64,000 bases of DNA. It comes from Octopus sinensis. Its lineage: Eukaryota. The notes beneath the pieces were generated by a model that ran no database searches, was not told the origin of the DNA, and worked only from the letters and a program-made list of their open reading frames with translations. Below, in pieces: positions 1-12,130 of this stretch. The stretch spans positions 33,728,001-33,792,000 of the forward strand of contig NC_043002.1 in assembly GCF_006345805.1 (NCBI RefSeq), given 5' to 3'. Each line of letters starts with the position of its first letter. Position 1 is the first letter of the stretch. A program made the position numbers and the translations under genes.

Positions 1-53
1 GCCTAGTTACTACTTAGATAGGTGACCGCTTGGGAAACCTAGATGCTGTAAGC
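1..53 (+). pseudogene. 3' half of a 5S rRNA pseudogene (or 5S-derived SINE head), cut by the window edge
   Basis: GCCTAGTTACTACTTAGATAGGTGACCGCTTGGGAAACCTAGATGCTGTAAGC aligns without gaps to the 3' half of metazoan 5S rRNA (..GGTTAGTACTTGGATGGG(A/T)GACCGCCTGGGAATACCGGGTGCTGTAGGC). There are about ten substitutions, mostly transitions, and the match ends at the 5S 3' end. Confidence 0.75.
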
Positions 54-64
54 AAATTTTTATA

Positions 65-642
65 GGCGTAAGAGTGGCTGTGTGGAAAGTAGCTTGCTTA
101 AGAACCACATGGTTCCAGGCTCAGTCCCACTGTGTGGCACCTTGGGCAATGTGTCTTCTACTATAGCTTCAGGCCGACCAAAGCCTTGTGAGTAGATTTG
201 GTAGACGGAAACTGAAAGAAGCCCGTCGTATATATGTGTGTATATACTGGAGTAAACACATAAATGTGAAACAAGGTGGAAAAAAGAGTACTCAAATACC
301 AGAGGTAGAGTAATATGCTTTATTTCATTTTGTTAAAACTGTCCGACAAATGGGAACGCGAAACTCTGAGTAACAGCTTTTGTTAAATTTCTGCTGCTTT
401 TAAATAAAGTATATATATATATATATGCGTGTGTTTATGTTTGTGTGTCTGTGTTTGTACCCCCAACATCGCTTGACAACCGATGCTGGTGTGTTTACGT
501 TCCCGTAACTTAGCGCTTCAGCAAAAGTATCCGATAGAATAAGTACTAGGCTTACAAAGAATAAGTCCTGGGGTCGATTTGCTTGACTAAAGGCGGTGCT
601 CCAGTATGGCCACAGTCAAATGACTGAAACAAGTAAAAGAGA
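65..642 (+). mobile_element. tRNA-headed SINE, family A (my label)
   Basis: A-box/B-box-like head GAGTGGCTGTGTGG..GGTTCCAGGCTCAGTCCC, central (TA)/(TG) tract, and 3' end ..CAGTCAAATGACTGAAACAAGTAAAAGAG. Many near-identical copies in the window. Confidence 0.85.
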
Positions 643-745
643 GTATATGAACTTCTCAAATAGCTTATCACATCAGCTAATGAGCCCTCACTCTATTCCC
701 TAAAATGTCACTGCTATTACTGTCAAATAGCTATCTAAACACATA

Positions 746-1868
746 CGAGGGGGTATCAAAAAGTTCCCAGACTAGTTCTGTAGCACACCAACAGATGGCA
801 GCACATGGTTGCGTGTGCAGTGAAAGCTAGCAGTGACCTTCATGAGCCAGTGTGCTGAGTGACATAGCTGTGTTTACTTTGCAAATTGTGAAATTTGTGT
901 TTTTGTGATCACATGTATGCAGTAGTTTGCAATTACTGTCAAAGACAGGAAGTTGGAACAAAGAGCCAATGTGAATTTTGAATTAAACTTGGGAAGTCAG
1001 CCACAGAGACATGAAGCATGCTTCAGCAAGCTTACAGCCACAAGGCAATGGATCGTATGCAATGTTTCAAATGGCACAGGGGCACAACAGAGCCACAGCT
1101 CAATCGACAACATACTCATTGTTTATTTCAACATATCAATAGAAGTGACTTTTTTTTAATTTTCTATCCAAAACCCAATCAAAGTTCCCGAAACTTGATA
1201 CGCGAATTGAATGCTAGCTAGCTGTATGTGATTGGTTGGAGATTTGGACAGTACTCGCATGTAACTGTACAAGCACGCAGCTGTATATGCATGTACTAGC
1301 ACTATGACCTGGCAACATCAGAGGGTAACATAAATAAAAGTGTGAATCTTTCCCATAATTTTCAAGTGGTATTGTGCACCAAAAATTCCCACCACCCCCA
1401 CCCCGAGGGCCAGACTGTTAATCAATAATTCTACTGTAACATTTTGAAGCAGCTGAACGAGAACATTCAGCGAAAGCAACAGGACCTGTGGTACGTGAAG
1501 AATTGGATCCTTCACAACAACAATGCACCCTCTCACCAAGCTCTCCTAACTTGTGAGTTTCTCGCTTCTGCACCTGCCCTATTCACCAGACTTAGCACCT
1601 GCAGACTTCCATTTCTTCCCCAAGATGAAAATGCAGCACAAAGGTCGCCATTTCAACACTGTTGTTGAGACCCAGAGTAAATCGCAGAAGGTTCTCAACT
1701 CACTTGCAGAAAACAACTTCCAGGCTGGATTCCAAAAGTAGCAGGAACACTGGAACTGGTGTATATTGCCGCACAAGGTGACTATATCGAAGGAGATGGG
1801 GTTAAAACTTAGGTAAACAAGTAATTTTTTATTAAACACTAGTCCAAGAACTTTTTGATACCAGCTCG
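746..1868 (+). mobile_element. Degenerate, internally deleted mariner (DD34D-type) transposon
   Basis: TA|CGAGGGGGTATCAAAAAGTTCCCAGACTAG at left and CTAGTCCAAGAACTTTTTGATACCAGCTCG at right form imperfect TIRs. Translated remnants EQRANVNF, MLQQAY, WILHNNNAPSH and HLPYSPDLAPADFHFFPKMK are mariner transposase motifs. Confidence 0.9.
1135..1315 (+). mobile_element. Helitron fragment inserted in the mariner
   Basis: Closely matches 2478-2660 (TTCTATCCAAAACCCAATCAAA..CACTATGACCTGGCAAC) but lacks both termini. Confidence 0.7.
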
Positions 1869-2312
1869 CACATCAATTATATAATATATTTTTTGAAGAA
1901 ATAAAACCCCTTTGTTATTAACACAGTTAGCAGTCTCTTGCACTTTTCTCTCTACAAGCTCACCCTTTTTAACCCTATTTACAGAACTGTGTAAATGAAG
2001 CAAGATAACAGAAATATCAAATAGCATGAATGCATTAATAAAACAACTTCAATGAATAATTAAAATTGTAGTTATTCAACAAGCTCACCATGTTCATTCA
2101 TATTCATTAGCTTTCTAATTAACTACCGTTTTCACAAATCATTATTACTGCTTTAAGATACTGCTCCTTCAAGTTAACATGGGTTGTATAAGTTTGCCAA
2201 ACCTAATATCAAGACACATTGGCATTCTTGTTTGGATGAGATTAACATTCTGAGATTTGGCCTCATAATTTTCTTACCACGGGCTTTGCTAGTGACTACA
2301 ATTTGCTGAATA

Positions 2313-2677
2313 TCTCTATATATAAATGGCAAAATGTCTGTCTGTGTGCGTGTCCTTTATACAAATCCACAATTTTTCAGTTAGAGGGCTCGCACTTTCT
2401 ATGGTCATTCAAAACCGTCCAAGGGTGATTGTGCACATCTTTACATTTCCCCAGTCACCCCGCAAAGCCATTAAAAAATCAATAGAAGGCACTTTTTTGT
2501 GAATATTCTATCCAAAACCCAATCAAAATGCCCGAAACTTGATACGCAGATTGAATGCCAGCTAGCTGTATGTGATTGGTTGGAGATTTGGACAGTACTC
2601 GCATGTATGTGCACATGCACACAGCTGTATATGCATGTACTAGCACTATGACCTGGCAACGCCGGATACAGTACTAG
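2313..2677 (+). mobile_element. Non-autonomous Helitron, intact ends
   Basis: Starts A|TCTCTATATATAAAT, ends with the GC hairpin CCTGGCAACGCCGG followed by ATACAGTACTAG|T. No TSD; A^T target. These are Helitron hallmarks. Confidence 0.85.
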
Positions 2678-3404
2678 TATAATGTTAACCAATTATATGT
2701 CTGTTAGATATGTAATATTAGCAATTATATATTCTGTATGGTTAAGAAAGTTTCTTCCCAACAATGTAGCTTCAGGTTCAATCCCACTGTACAGCACCTT
2801 GAGTCAGAGTTTTCTAATATAACCTGAAGTCAACTAAATTCTTATGAGTGGATTTGGCAGATGGTGCATGTGTGTATATGCAAGTGTGTGCATATATGTA
2901 AGTGGATGTCTGTGAGCGTGTGTGTGTGTGCATGCATGTGAGTATGTTTACCCTTGTCCTGACATCATCATGTGATAGTCGCAAACAAGTATCACCATCA
3001 TACAAGCTATGTTGTTCATTTCCAGTATTCCATAAAACAAAAAAGTTTGCATTACAAAACCAGACATGGTCTAGGATGGGTTTGCATCGGAAAGCTTAAA
3101 GAGTACATTTGTAGAAAATGTGTGAGGCCATCATCTTCAATAAATTAATAAATAATTGATCTTCAAAACAAATTTTTTTTTTGCTCCATAACACTTAACT
3201 ATACTTATATCTAAACTAGCTTAATTAAACATCCTGCCTTCTGTCTACTACCTTGACTAAATCAACCAACAATTATGGCCACATTGTCAGTTTATTGCAC
3301 CTTCACACATTTATTAGTTAAATTTCTGCAGGCTTTGTCAATTCATCACACAACACTAAAGCTATGAAAATATGTTGGTATAAGGAGAAGCAATAAACGG
3401 ACCG

Positions 3405-3770
3405 GAAGTGGCTGTGTGGTAAGTAGCTTGCTTACCAACCACATGATTCTGGGTTCAGTCCCACTGTGTGGCACCCTGGGCAAGTGTCTTCTACTATAGC
3501 CTTGGGCCGACCAAAGCCTTATGAGTGGATTTGGTAGACGGAAACTGAAAGAAGTCCATCGTGTGTGTGTGTGTGTGCCCAACATCGCTTGACAACTGAT
3601 CCTGGTGTGTTTACGTCCCTGTAACTTAGCAGTTCAGCAAAAGAGACCGATAGAATAAGTAACTAGGCTAACAAAGAATAAGTCCTGGATTCGATTTGCT
3701 CAATTAAAGGCGGTGCTCCAGCATGGCTGCAGTCAAAATGACTGAAACAAGTAAAAGAGTAAAAAGAGAG
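3405..3770 (+). mobile_element. SINE family A
   Basis: Same head, body and tail as 65-642. Confidence 0.85.
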
Positions 3771-3833
3771 TAAGAGTATCAAAGCAACAGAATATTGAAA
3801 ATTTGCAATTGGTCAATACAAAATTTAACCTAC

Positions 3834-3882
3834 CACTTTTCAAAGATTCCAATAAAAACTGTAAGTTCTCAGCAAATGATCC
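3834..3882 (-). CDS. ORC4: ORC4 coding exon 5 (GSFAENLQFLLESLKS-G)
   Basis: ttttgcag|GGATCATTTGCTGAG..AAAAGTG|gtaggt; 49 nt, phase 0 matches the previous exon. Peptide matches ORC4 GSFAENLSFLLEALK. Confidence 0.93.
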
Positions 3883-3950
3883 CTGCAAAATGTTAAACTT
3901 AGATATATTGTTAAAACTTATGCAAAGAACAAAAGCAACATCAACAACAC

Positions 3951-4108
3951 AGGAGTGGCTGTGTGGTAAGTAGCCTGTCTACCAACCACATGGTTCCGGG
4001 TTCAGTCCCACTGCGTGGCACCTTGGGCAAGTGTCTTCTACTACAGCCTCGGGCCGACCAAAGCCTTGTGAGTGGATTTGGTAGACGGAAACTGAAAGAA
4101 GCCCGCCG

Positions 4109-4141
<33 letters not shown>

Positions 4142-4345
4142 TTGTGTGTCTGTGTTTGTCCCCATAGCATTGCTTGACAACTGATGCTGGTGTGTTTATG
4201 TCACCGTCACTTAGTGGTTCAGCTAAAGAGACCGATAGAATAAGTACTGGGCTTACAAAAGAATAAGTTCCGGGGTCGAGTTGCTCGATTAAAGGCGGTG
4301 CTCCAGCATGGCCGCAGTCAAATGACTGAAACAAGTAAAAAGAGT
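3951..4345 (+). mobile_element. SINE family A (young-looking copy)
   Basis: Full head, (TA)n centre and 3' end. Confidence 0.87.
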
Positions 4346-4462
4346 AACCTAGACTTTGCTGAACAATATATCTGCCAATCTGGAAGTAACATAGATATCA
4401 CACAACAACAAATATATCTGTAATGCAAGTAACATGATACTAACACTACGTAAGCATCTAAG

Positions 4463-4878
4463 GAAGGCGGCGAGCTGGCAAAAGTGTTAGCACGCCAGGC
4501 GAAATGCTTAGCGGCATTTCATCCGTTGATATGTTGTGAGTTCAAATTCCGCCGAGGTCAACTTTGCCTTTCATCCTTTCGGGGTCGATTAAATAAGTAC
4601 CAGTTACGCACTGGGGTCGATATAATCGACTTGATCCGTCTGTCTGTCCTTGTTTGTCCTCTCTGTGTTTAGCCCCTTGTGGGTAGGAAAGAAGTAGGTA
4701 ATTCATTTCCCACTACGTTCTGAGTTCAAATTCCGCCGAGGTCGACTTTGCCTTTCATCCTTTCGGGGTCGATTAAATAAGTACCAATTACGCACTGGGG
4801 TCAATATAATCAACTTAATCCGTTTGTATGTTGTTTGTCCCCTCTGTGTATAGCCCCTTGTGGGCAGTAAAGAAATAA
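4463..4878 (+). mobile_element. SINE family B, one full copy plus a tandem 5'-truncated copy
   Basis: AAGGCGGCGAGCTGGCA..GAGTTCAAATTCCGCCGAGGTC..AGCCCCTTGTGGGTAG..AAAGAA. The body is repeated from about 4712. Confidence 0.85.
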
Positions 4879-5335
4879 CAAACTATGTAAACATCTCACA
4901 ATGAATATATCTGCAATACTAACAACACTCAAGCACAACATAGCCACCATGCAACAATAAATATATCTAAGGTACTAATAGTATCAATCCCTGTAATACT
5001 AATTCCATACTAAACCAACAGACCCCACACAATTACAAACATGTGTACTGACAGATTCATACTAACACAACATACAGATACCATACAACCAGTCACATAT
5101 CTTCTATACTAACTCAATATCACACAACCACAACACAAGACATCACACAACATCGAACATCAGAGGGTAACATAAGTAAAAGCGTGAATCCTTGCCGTAA
5201 TTACTGTTGTAACAGTATGGATGGAGGAGTGATGGTGGTAGCGGTGATAATGGTGGTGGTAGTGGTACAGAGTTGGAGGTGGGATTGGCAGTGTTGATGG
5301 AAGCCTATAAAGTAAAGAAAAAAAATATCACTTAC

Positions 5336-5421
5336 AAATACTTTGTCTCCAACAGTGTTGTCAAGGTGAAGTTGTCGAGCAATTTCTTTCAGTGCTATTT
5401 TATCATTTGTCTGTAGCAAAC
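5336..5421 (-). CDS. ORC4: ORC4 coding exon 4 ([29 protein letters not shown])
   Basis: gtttttcag|GTTTGCTACAG..GTATTT|gtaagt; 86 nt. Matches ORC4 [28 protein letters not shown]. Confidence 0.96.
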
Positions 5422-5500
5422 CTGAAAAACCATCAGGAAGAGATGTTGGCCACTAACAATAAGATTCTAGAAACCATTGGAACAAAACTCAATATATCTC

Positions 5501-5781
5501 GTTGTGTCTGGGGAGAGTCATTTTCTTTTTGTGCCTTATAATGTAACACACTCACCAGTAAAATTTCCACTTATTTCTTATTTTTATTTTCCTAAAATTT
5601 TCGTTGCATCTTGCAACCTTTTCAATAGTCTTGACTCTGTCCATTATACTAAACCATTGAAAAGGTTGTAAGACGCAACGAAAATTTTAAGAAAATAAAA
5701 ATAAGAAATAAGTGGAAATTTTACCAGTGAGTGTGTTACATTATAAGGCACAAAAAGAAAATGACTCTCCCCAGACACAAC
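5501..5781. repeat. Inverted pair of a ~130-bp dispersed repeat (family F) forming a hairpin
   Basis: 5501-5626 is the near-perfect reverse complement of 5654-5781. A third single copy lies at 36808-36947. Confidence 0.9.
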
Positions 5782-5954
5782 AGAATATGCTGCAACACAC
5801 GAACTCAAATAAAGAATCTTGCAAACCAAATCCAAAAATCAATATATCTCACTATTAATATATTACAGTTTTAAACACTAGGAGAGGTGTTACACTATAT
5901 GTGGCATGGACATGTGATGGTGTAATAGTGGTGAAACATGGACAGTGGATGTAG

Positions 5955-6240
5955 AGGACTACATAAGGTGTGTATAAGATGTGCGACAATGTATGGTAGC
6001 ATATACAGAATACTATATATTGTATAAGATGTTTGATAATATATGGTAATTTACAGAGAGGACTATAAATAGTGATTGCAAGATGTGTGACATGTATGGT
6101 AGTGTATACAGAAGATTATGTAAGGTGTAAGATGTGCGACCTGTATGGTAGTATGTATAGAAGACAATATGCAGTGTATATAAGATGTGTGATGGTGTAT
6201 GGCACTGTGTATAGAGGACTATATGAGGTGTAAGACAAGT
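5955..6240. repeat. Degenerate ~50-53-bp minisatellite, about 6 units
   Basis: TAAGATGTG..TATGGTA..AGA recurs near 5975, 6025, 6078, 6128, 6181 and 6231. Confidence 0.7.
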
Positions 6241-6879
6241 GATGATGTACCATAGTGAAACATGAACAGTGAATGTAATGTACATGGTATGTGAAGTATG
6301 ACTATGGGATACAGACTGTAACAGATGAACCCCCACCCCACTCCATCACCACTTCCACAATTATCCTTGTTCAATTAGATTTAGAAAGAAATAGTTAGAC
6401 TACAGTAGTAAATATTGAGTTAAGAGACATGAAAATCTGCTTTACAGTAATCTCTGTAAAATTAATGGTATTATTTTATGGCAAGAAAGTGTGTGTGTGT
6501 GTGTAAAACGAAGCATCAGTGCTAAGCAGTGCGTAAATATAAGCAGAATTAGGTAAGTCAAAATACGTTTGTCATATATTTCAACTGCTAAAAGTTAATA
6601 CATCACATGTTTCAGTCATTGGACAGTAGCCAAATCGATAATAGGGCCCCTGGAAGGGATCCTTATAGATAGCCAAGAGAAATAACCCATTCATTCTCCT
6701 AAATTATTGGGTATGAATCAAATCGAGTATGCTTATTTCTTAATATTTGAACTGTTAGAGTTATCTTCACAATTATCCAGTACAACCCTTAAACAAGTAA
6801 ATAGTATTTTCCTAAACAATAGATCCACTTATTTCGGTTAGTGACTTATTCACAAATATACTAACACTAGCGCCATTGA

Positions 6880-7230
6880 GGGTAATATTCTCTGAGAATG
6901 CACAAAATCCCTTTTCAGAGTTATTTACTTTCAATTGTTATTATCTCACATCTGATTAACCTGTTATTACTTAATACACTTCACAATTTTAGTATACATA
7001 CCTTATTAGTATTTCCTCCTAAACTCTATAAAATCTGAGAATGCGTTAAAGCCCTTCTCAGGGCTACTTTATTTGAATTCTTACTATCGAGTAACTAATT
7101 TCATGTTATTACATAACTGACTTCACAATTTGGGTATTCATAACTTATTGGAAATTCCCAAAAACAAGACTCTGTTTAAGACAGTTCAATATTCTCTGTA
7201 AATGCACAAAAACCATATTACGGTCTACAT
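6880..7230. repeat. Diverged ~150-bp tandem repeat, about 2.3 units
   Basis: (AATATT)CTCTGAGAATGC.. recurs near 6885, 7034 and 7188; CTTCACAATTT recurs near 6979 and 7121. Confidence 0.55.
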
Positions 7231-7326
7231 ATTTTCCATTGTTGTTACTGGATTAGCGAAACAATTATGAGAACAGAAGCAAGGGATAAGCCCTGCTTTC
7301 CTGGGAATTACTGAGTACATCAGCTA

Positions 7327-7373
<47 letters not shown>

Positions 7374-7786
7374 ATAGGCGTCCATACAGTTTCATTCTAC
7401 CAAATTCATTTATAACACTTTGGTAGGCTCAGGGCTATAGTAGAATGCACTTGTCCAAGGTACTGCATAGTGAACTAAACCCAAGACCACATGTATAAGA
7501 AATAAGCTTCTTAACCACACATGGTACCTTTGTATGTTGAGAACATTAAAATGGTATGAATAACACTTAATTGAAATCATGTCTACAAGGTTAATTATAT
7601 AAAATTGGTTTAATGATCATCAAGTAAAACTGGAATATCACAAGTGAGCCAGAAATGTTCAAACAATTGGTACATAAAGTGTGACCTAGATAACTGATAA
7701 GAAATTATCTAAAGAAAACTTATACAGGTTAGTGCTTACTAAGATGAATCAGATGGGATAGTGGTACCTGACATTAAATAATTTAA

Positions 7787-7915
7787 CCCTTTCACAGCAA
7801 CTGTACAATATCATGTTACAACTTAACAGTCTTCTCATTAAAATGTCAAAGCTACATAAAAATCAATGTGAAAAATAAGCATCACTTTTGACAGAATAAT
7901 GTAAATGCTAAAAGG
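7787..7915. mobile_element. Small piggyBac-type MITE
   Basis: TTAA|CCCTTT....AAAAGG|TTAA: TTAA TSD with CCC-type termini. Confidence 0.6.
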
Positions 7916-8129
7916 TTAATAGTGACTGTTCTGTGGGTCATCTTCTGCAATGAGTAATACAGGCTGTGTCACTTTAAAGAAGGAGGGGGCAGGGCCAAAG
8001 TAGATTGTCTCCTTCTAAAGAAAGGCCAGTAGTTACAATAAATACTTTAATTCCTTAGCATTCAAAGGCACTCAGACAAATTTAAAGGTAAAGGCTGAAG
8101 ACTCTTTGGTTATGAATGAACATGGGATT

Positions 8130-8428
8130 GCACCTAAAGTTCCCTTCCGAGGCACATGTCCAAGCAAGGTTATTTTGTGGAAAACCAGCAGTCACTCATG
8201 CATACCAGTCTCCCCTCTCCACATCATTAATGTTGTCCAAGGGAAAGCAAAGAAGGCCGATACAGCTTGGCACCAGTGATGGTGCAACTCATTTCTACAG
8301 CTGAGTGAACTGGAGCAATGTGAAATAAAGTGTCTTGCTCAAGAACACAACATGCAGCCTCATCCAGGAAATGAACTCAAAGCCTCATGATTGTTACCCT
8401 GACCTTCTAACCACAGAGCCATGCACCT
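8130..8428 (-). mobile_element. tRNA-headed SINE, family D
   Basis: Minus strand reads GGTGCATGGCTCTGTGGTTAG..GAGTTCATTTCC..TTCTTGAGCAAGACACTTTATTTCACATTGCTCCAGTTCACTCAGCTG. Related copies at 32690-32992, 55560-55815 and 63530-63755. Confidence 0.8.
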
Positions 8429-8664
8429 TAATGCTTATTTATTCAGTGTTTGAATTAATTGTGCATTATTTTGTAGCTTTGAGATTTCAATGATGTGATT
8501 ATTTATTTTCAGAATGACTTTGTAGGGAAGGTGTGAATCATCAGATCTGGCCTGTTTGAACATAAAACAGAATATTTGGGTTTAAATACAAAAGAATTAA
8601 CTGAATGGCAGTATCAAATAAACTATTATCACTATTAATTCCTCAAGAAGCAAGCTGACAAAAA

Positions 8665-8855
8665 TGTTACTGTGCCAGGTAAAATGCCCAGTGGCATTTT
8701 GTTCATCTTTATGTTCTGATTTCAATTCTTCCGGTGTCGACTTTGCCTCTCATCCTTTCAGAGTCAATAAAATAAGTAACAATTGAGCACTGGGGTCGAT
8801 GTAATCGACTTAGCCCCCACCTCCAAAATTGCTGGTCTTGTACCAAAATCTGGAA
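8665..8855 (+). mobile_element. SINE family B (diverged)
   Basis: GTCGACTTTGCCTCTCATCCTTTCAG..GCACTGGGGTCGATGTAATCGACTT core. Confidence 0.75.
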
Positions 8856-9589
8856 CCATTATTAATTCTTCAAGACAACAGCTGAAGGAGAGAGAGAGCT
8901 ATTATTTATATTTAACTTTGCTATTAGTTAACTCTAGATCAGCCCTGGTCAAGCAGATTTATGATTAACCCATGGTGTTCAGATTAATCTATCAAATATA
9001 ATGCTTATTTGTTCACGTTATTTTGAATTATTCAGGTTCAAGAGGGGTGTCCACAATATTTGCTTAACTTTGTTAATTTTTTACATACAGATTTGAAATT
9101 TTGTCAGTGGGTGCTTATATACCAGTGAATTATAGTTATGTAATTTTAGCTGATCTTGCTGATTAAATTTGACTTTTTATGGGCAGGTAAATTTAATTAA
9201 CAAGTGTAAAAACAATAACATTATGGATAAACACTAAAATTGAAATTCTTAATGGATCTTACCTCTTTGGTTTGATACTAAAATTATCCCAGATATCAAC
9301 TACTATTTTACCACTTTTCAAAATGATGTATATTAATTTGAATTTATCAAAATACAAGTATAATTGGTACAAGATTTTATTCTTTCTCTATATTTCATTC
9401 AAACATTTTCATTGAAAATAAAGTACAAAACTCTTTTGCTAGTCATTGAATACATTTACATAACTGAATGTATCTAATTGAAAAAACCCTTTAACAGATG
9501 AGGCAAAGGTAAATACAGGTGTGTAACATACTGAGAATAATATGAATTTCTCACTTTTACTTATTATTTGTAATAAAATGAAAGGAATA

Positions 9590-10430
9590 TATGACAGTAT
9601 TACTATCAAACAACAAAATATAGTTATGCCATATTTTTATCATGAAACTGTCCAAGGTACCCTTTACACAAGGGCACTTTGCAAGACGAACACATGAAAT
9701 CTCGACCTGATATCTTTTTGCAGTTTTTCTTTTTTGCAGCAAACACAGTCTGCAAGCTTTCCCAGTTCGGTGCTTTCTAGAAGAAAAGTCCTCACGTAAT
9801 TGAGATGCAATGTCAACCCAAAATTTCAAATAGTCATAATCCTTTGGTGGTGGAGGTATCTTGTGGCTTTTACATAAACAATATATGAATTAACTATAGC
9901 TGGACATAACGCTGGAGAGATATGGATCACAATACCTTATATCAGGACTCCAGTATTTCCACAGTTTAGGAAGCTGCTGGATACCAAAACATAATGTTTA
10001 TAGTAAAAAAGCTTGCATTTCTACAGTATCAGTTGGCTGCCATAATGGATCATGTCTTCCACGAATAGAAATTATGCGTTGAGCGTATTTGTTTCTTCCG
10101 CAAGTTTCAAAAATACTTTTTGGTAAAAGTAAAAATAAATAGTCCAACAGTTGAGCATCAAGAGGTAGACTGTATTGTGTACTAGTCTTTTCTGTGAAAA
10201 CAGGTATTGTGGTTGATGTAGTAATCTTCAACCATGTTGCCGTAATGTTTTCAATACCATTTTCATCACTTTCATTATCAAAATTTTCCTCATCCGACGA
10301 AGATTCATAAATGTCAATATGATTTGTTCAAAGACAAATCACTGTTGTTTATGTTTATATTTTGCATATATCAAGAGTAAAACCTTCGAAGTTGGAATCA
10401 CTACTTGCTGATGCCATATCATTAAAAACT
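9590..10430 (-). mobile_element. Internally deleted piggyBac transposase relic
   Basis: Minus-strand pieces: acidic N-terminus (ESSSDEENFDNESDE), LDYLFLLLPKSIFE..NKYAQ..DPLWQPTDTVEMQAFL, YWSPD, and a C-terminal cysteine-rich segment (ACRLCLLQKRKTAKRY..SCV..KCPCV..WH). Frameshifted. Confidence 0.65.
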
Positions 10431-10432
10431 AA

Positions 10433-11292
10433 GATATGGTCATGTGGCGAGAATGGATGAAGATAGGTGTGTGAAAAAGTGCCAATCCCTAGCAGTGGAG
10501 GGAACCCATGGAAAATAAGCATCACTTGTGATACAGCTTGGCACCAGTGATGGTGCAACTCATTTCTACAGCTGAGTGAACTGGAACTTGGGACAAGGTG
10601 GTGAAGCACGACCTTCGAACTTTAGGTCTCACTGAGGAAATGACCAGTGACCGAGACCTTTGGAAATATGCTGTGCGTGAAAAGACCAGGCAGGACAAGT
10701 GAGTCCAGCCCACTTATGCATGCCTTTCCTCCCTTGGACACACAAAGACCTGTGGAGGCAAGCGAAGTCGATATCGAACCTCATCCGACGACAGGCACCT
10801 ATGCCAACCCCCCTTTGCTTGCGAAGACCTGTTGGGGCAAGTGAAATCGGAATCGAAATTGAACCAATCTTATGACTGGCACCCGGCAGATGCCAGGACC
10901 CCTGGACTGGAGATACGTAAAAAGCACTATCCGAATCGTGGCCAATGCCAGCGCCGCCTCGACTGGCTTCCGTGTCGGTGGCACGTAAAAAGTACCATCT
11001 GAATCGTGGCCGAAGCCAGTGCCGCCTCGACTGGCTTCCGTGCAGGTGGCACGTAAAATGCACCAATCCGACCGTGGCTGATGCCAGCCTCGCCTGGCAC
11101 CAGTGCAGGTGGCATGTAAAAAGCACCCACTACACTCACAGAGTGGTTGGCGTTAGGAAGGGCATCCAGCTGTAGAAACATTGCCAGATAAGACCGGAGC
11201 CTGGTGCAGCCTTCTGGCTTCCCAGATCCCCGGTCGAACCGTCCAACCCATGCTAGCATGGAGAACGGATGTTAAACGATGATGATGATGAT
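10433..11292 (+). mobile_element. 5'-truncated RTE LINE 3' end with a SINE-D piece inserted at about 10505-10587
   Basis: RYGHVARMDEDRCVKKCQSLAVEG..WDKVVKHDLRTLGLTEEMTSDRDLWKYAV ORF end, repetitive 3' UTR and (GAT)n tail at 11279-11292. Confidence 0.88.
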
Positions 11293-12054
11293 ACACTTCT
11301 CAACAAACACTGAAAAAAACCAAGAAGTCTCAAAAATTTTACTATACTTTTACTTGAATAAAGGCAGGAAAGGATTTATCTCAAAGCAACAAGAATTCAA
11401 TAATGTGATCTGTTTATTTTTTTTTAGCAATTTTGTAGAAGAATCAGATATGGCTGGTTTGGCCAGTTCAAACAAATAAAGAATAATTTTCAGCCAGTTT
11501 TGGCCAGTCCAAACACTGAAGAGTTAATAGTATTCAAGCATTGACCAAGTCATCTTTATCTTGGCATTGCCCTGCTTGCACCTATATGGATTACCAGTTT
11601 TCTAACTTTATTGATCTAGCAATCTCTATGCTCTGCTGAGGAGGACGAATAAGATCAAAATTTGCCAAAAGCTATCACCCCTGACAACTAAAGGTAAGAC
11701 TGATTAACCCTCCCTACCCAATCTATTACCTATTTTCAGTTTCCATTTACTGGGATTGTGCCTATATCTACTTTAGTTTGATAAAAGAGGTTTCAAAATG
11801 GTACTCATTGTATTATGTAAATAGCATCTAATTTACAATTTACCTTCCACGCATAATTCTGGTGACGTTAACATAAGGCTTCAATAACAGAGAAAGAAAG
11901 AGAGAGAGAGAGAGTTGTTAGGTATCAACTATGACAAGTATAGTTGAAGGGATGTAAAGATAATGGAACTTTTGTAACAATCTGGTACAGAAGGGTGGGA
12001 GAAAAGCAGTGGTAGATAAAATAACCATTTGTAAGTGAAACATGTGCTCCTTAC

Positions 12055-12130
12055 CACTGAGGTAGACTTCCATTAGATTCTGGTGAACATTTTTGTCTTT
12101 CTTCACTTCCTTCAAGGCATTCTTCAATAA
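12055..12130 (-). CDS. ORC4: ORC4 coding exon 3 (LLKNALKEVKKDKNVHQNLMEVYLS-G)
   Basis: cttcctaacag|TTATTGAAG..CTCAGTG|gtaagg; 76 nt. Phases fit exons 2 and 4; corresponds to ORC4 LINHALKEL..NVLQVHLNG. Confidence 0.92.

Noticed and set aside
1839-2027. MLFDIS resembling ORC4 NLFDISQSAQ as the next exon
   Set aside because: Flanking residues do not match (no DEFD Walker B, no QSAQ) and no suitable splice sites were found; the next ORC4 exon is probably outside the window.
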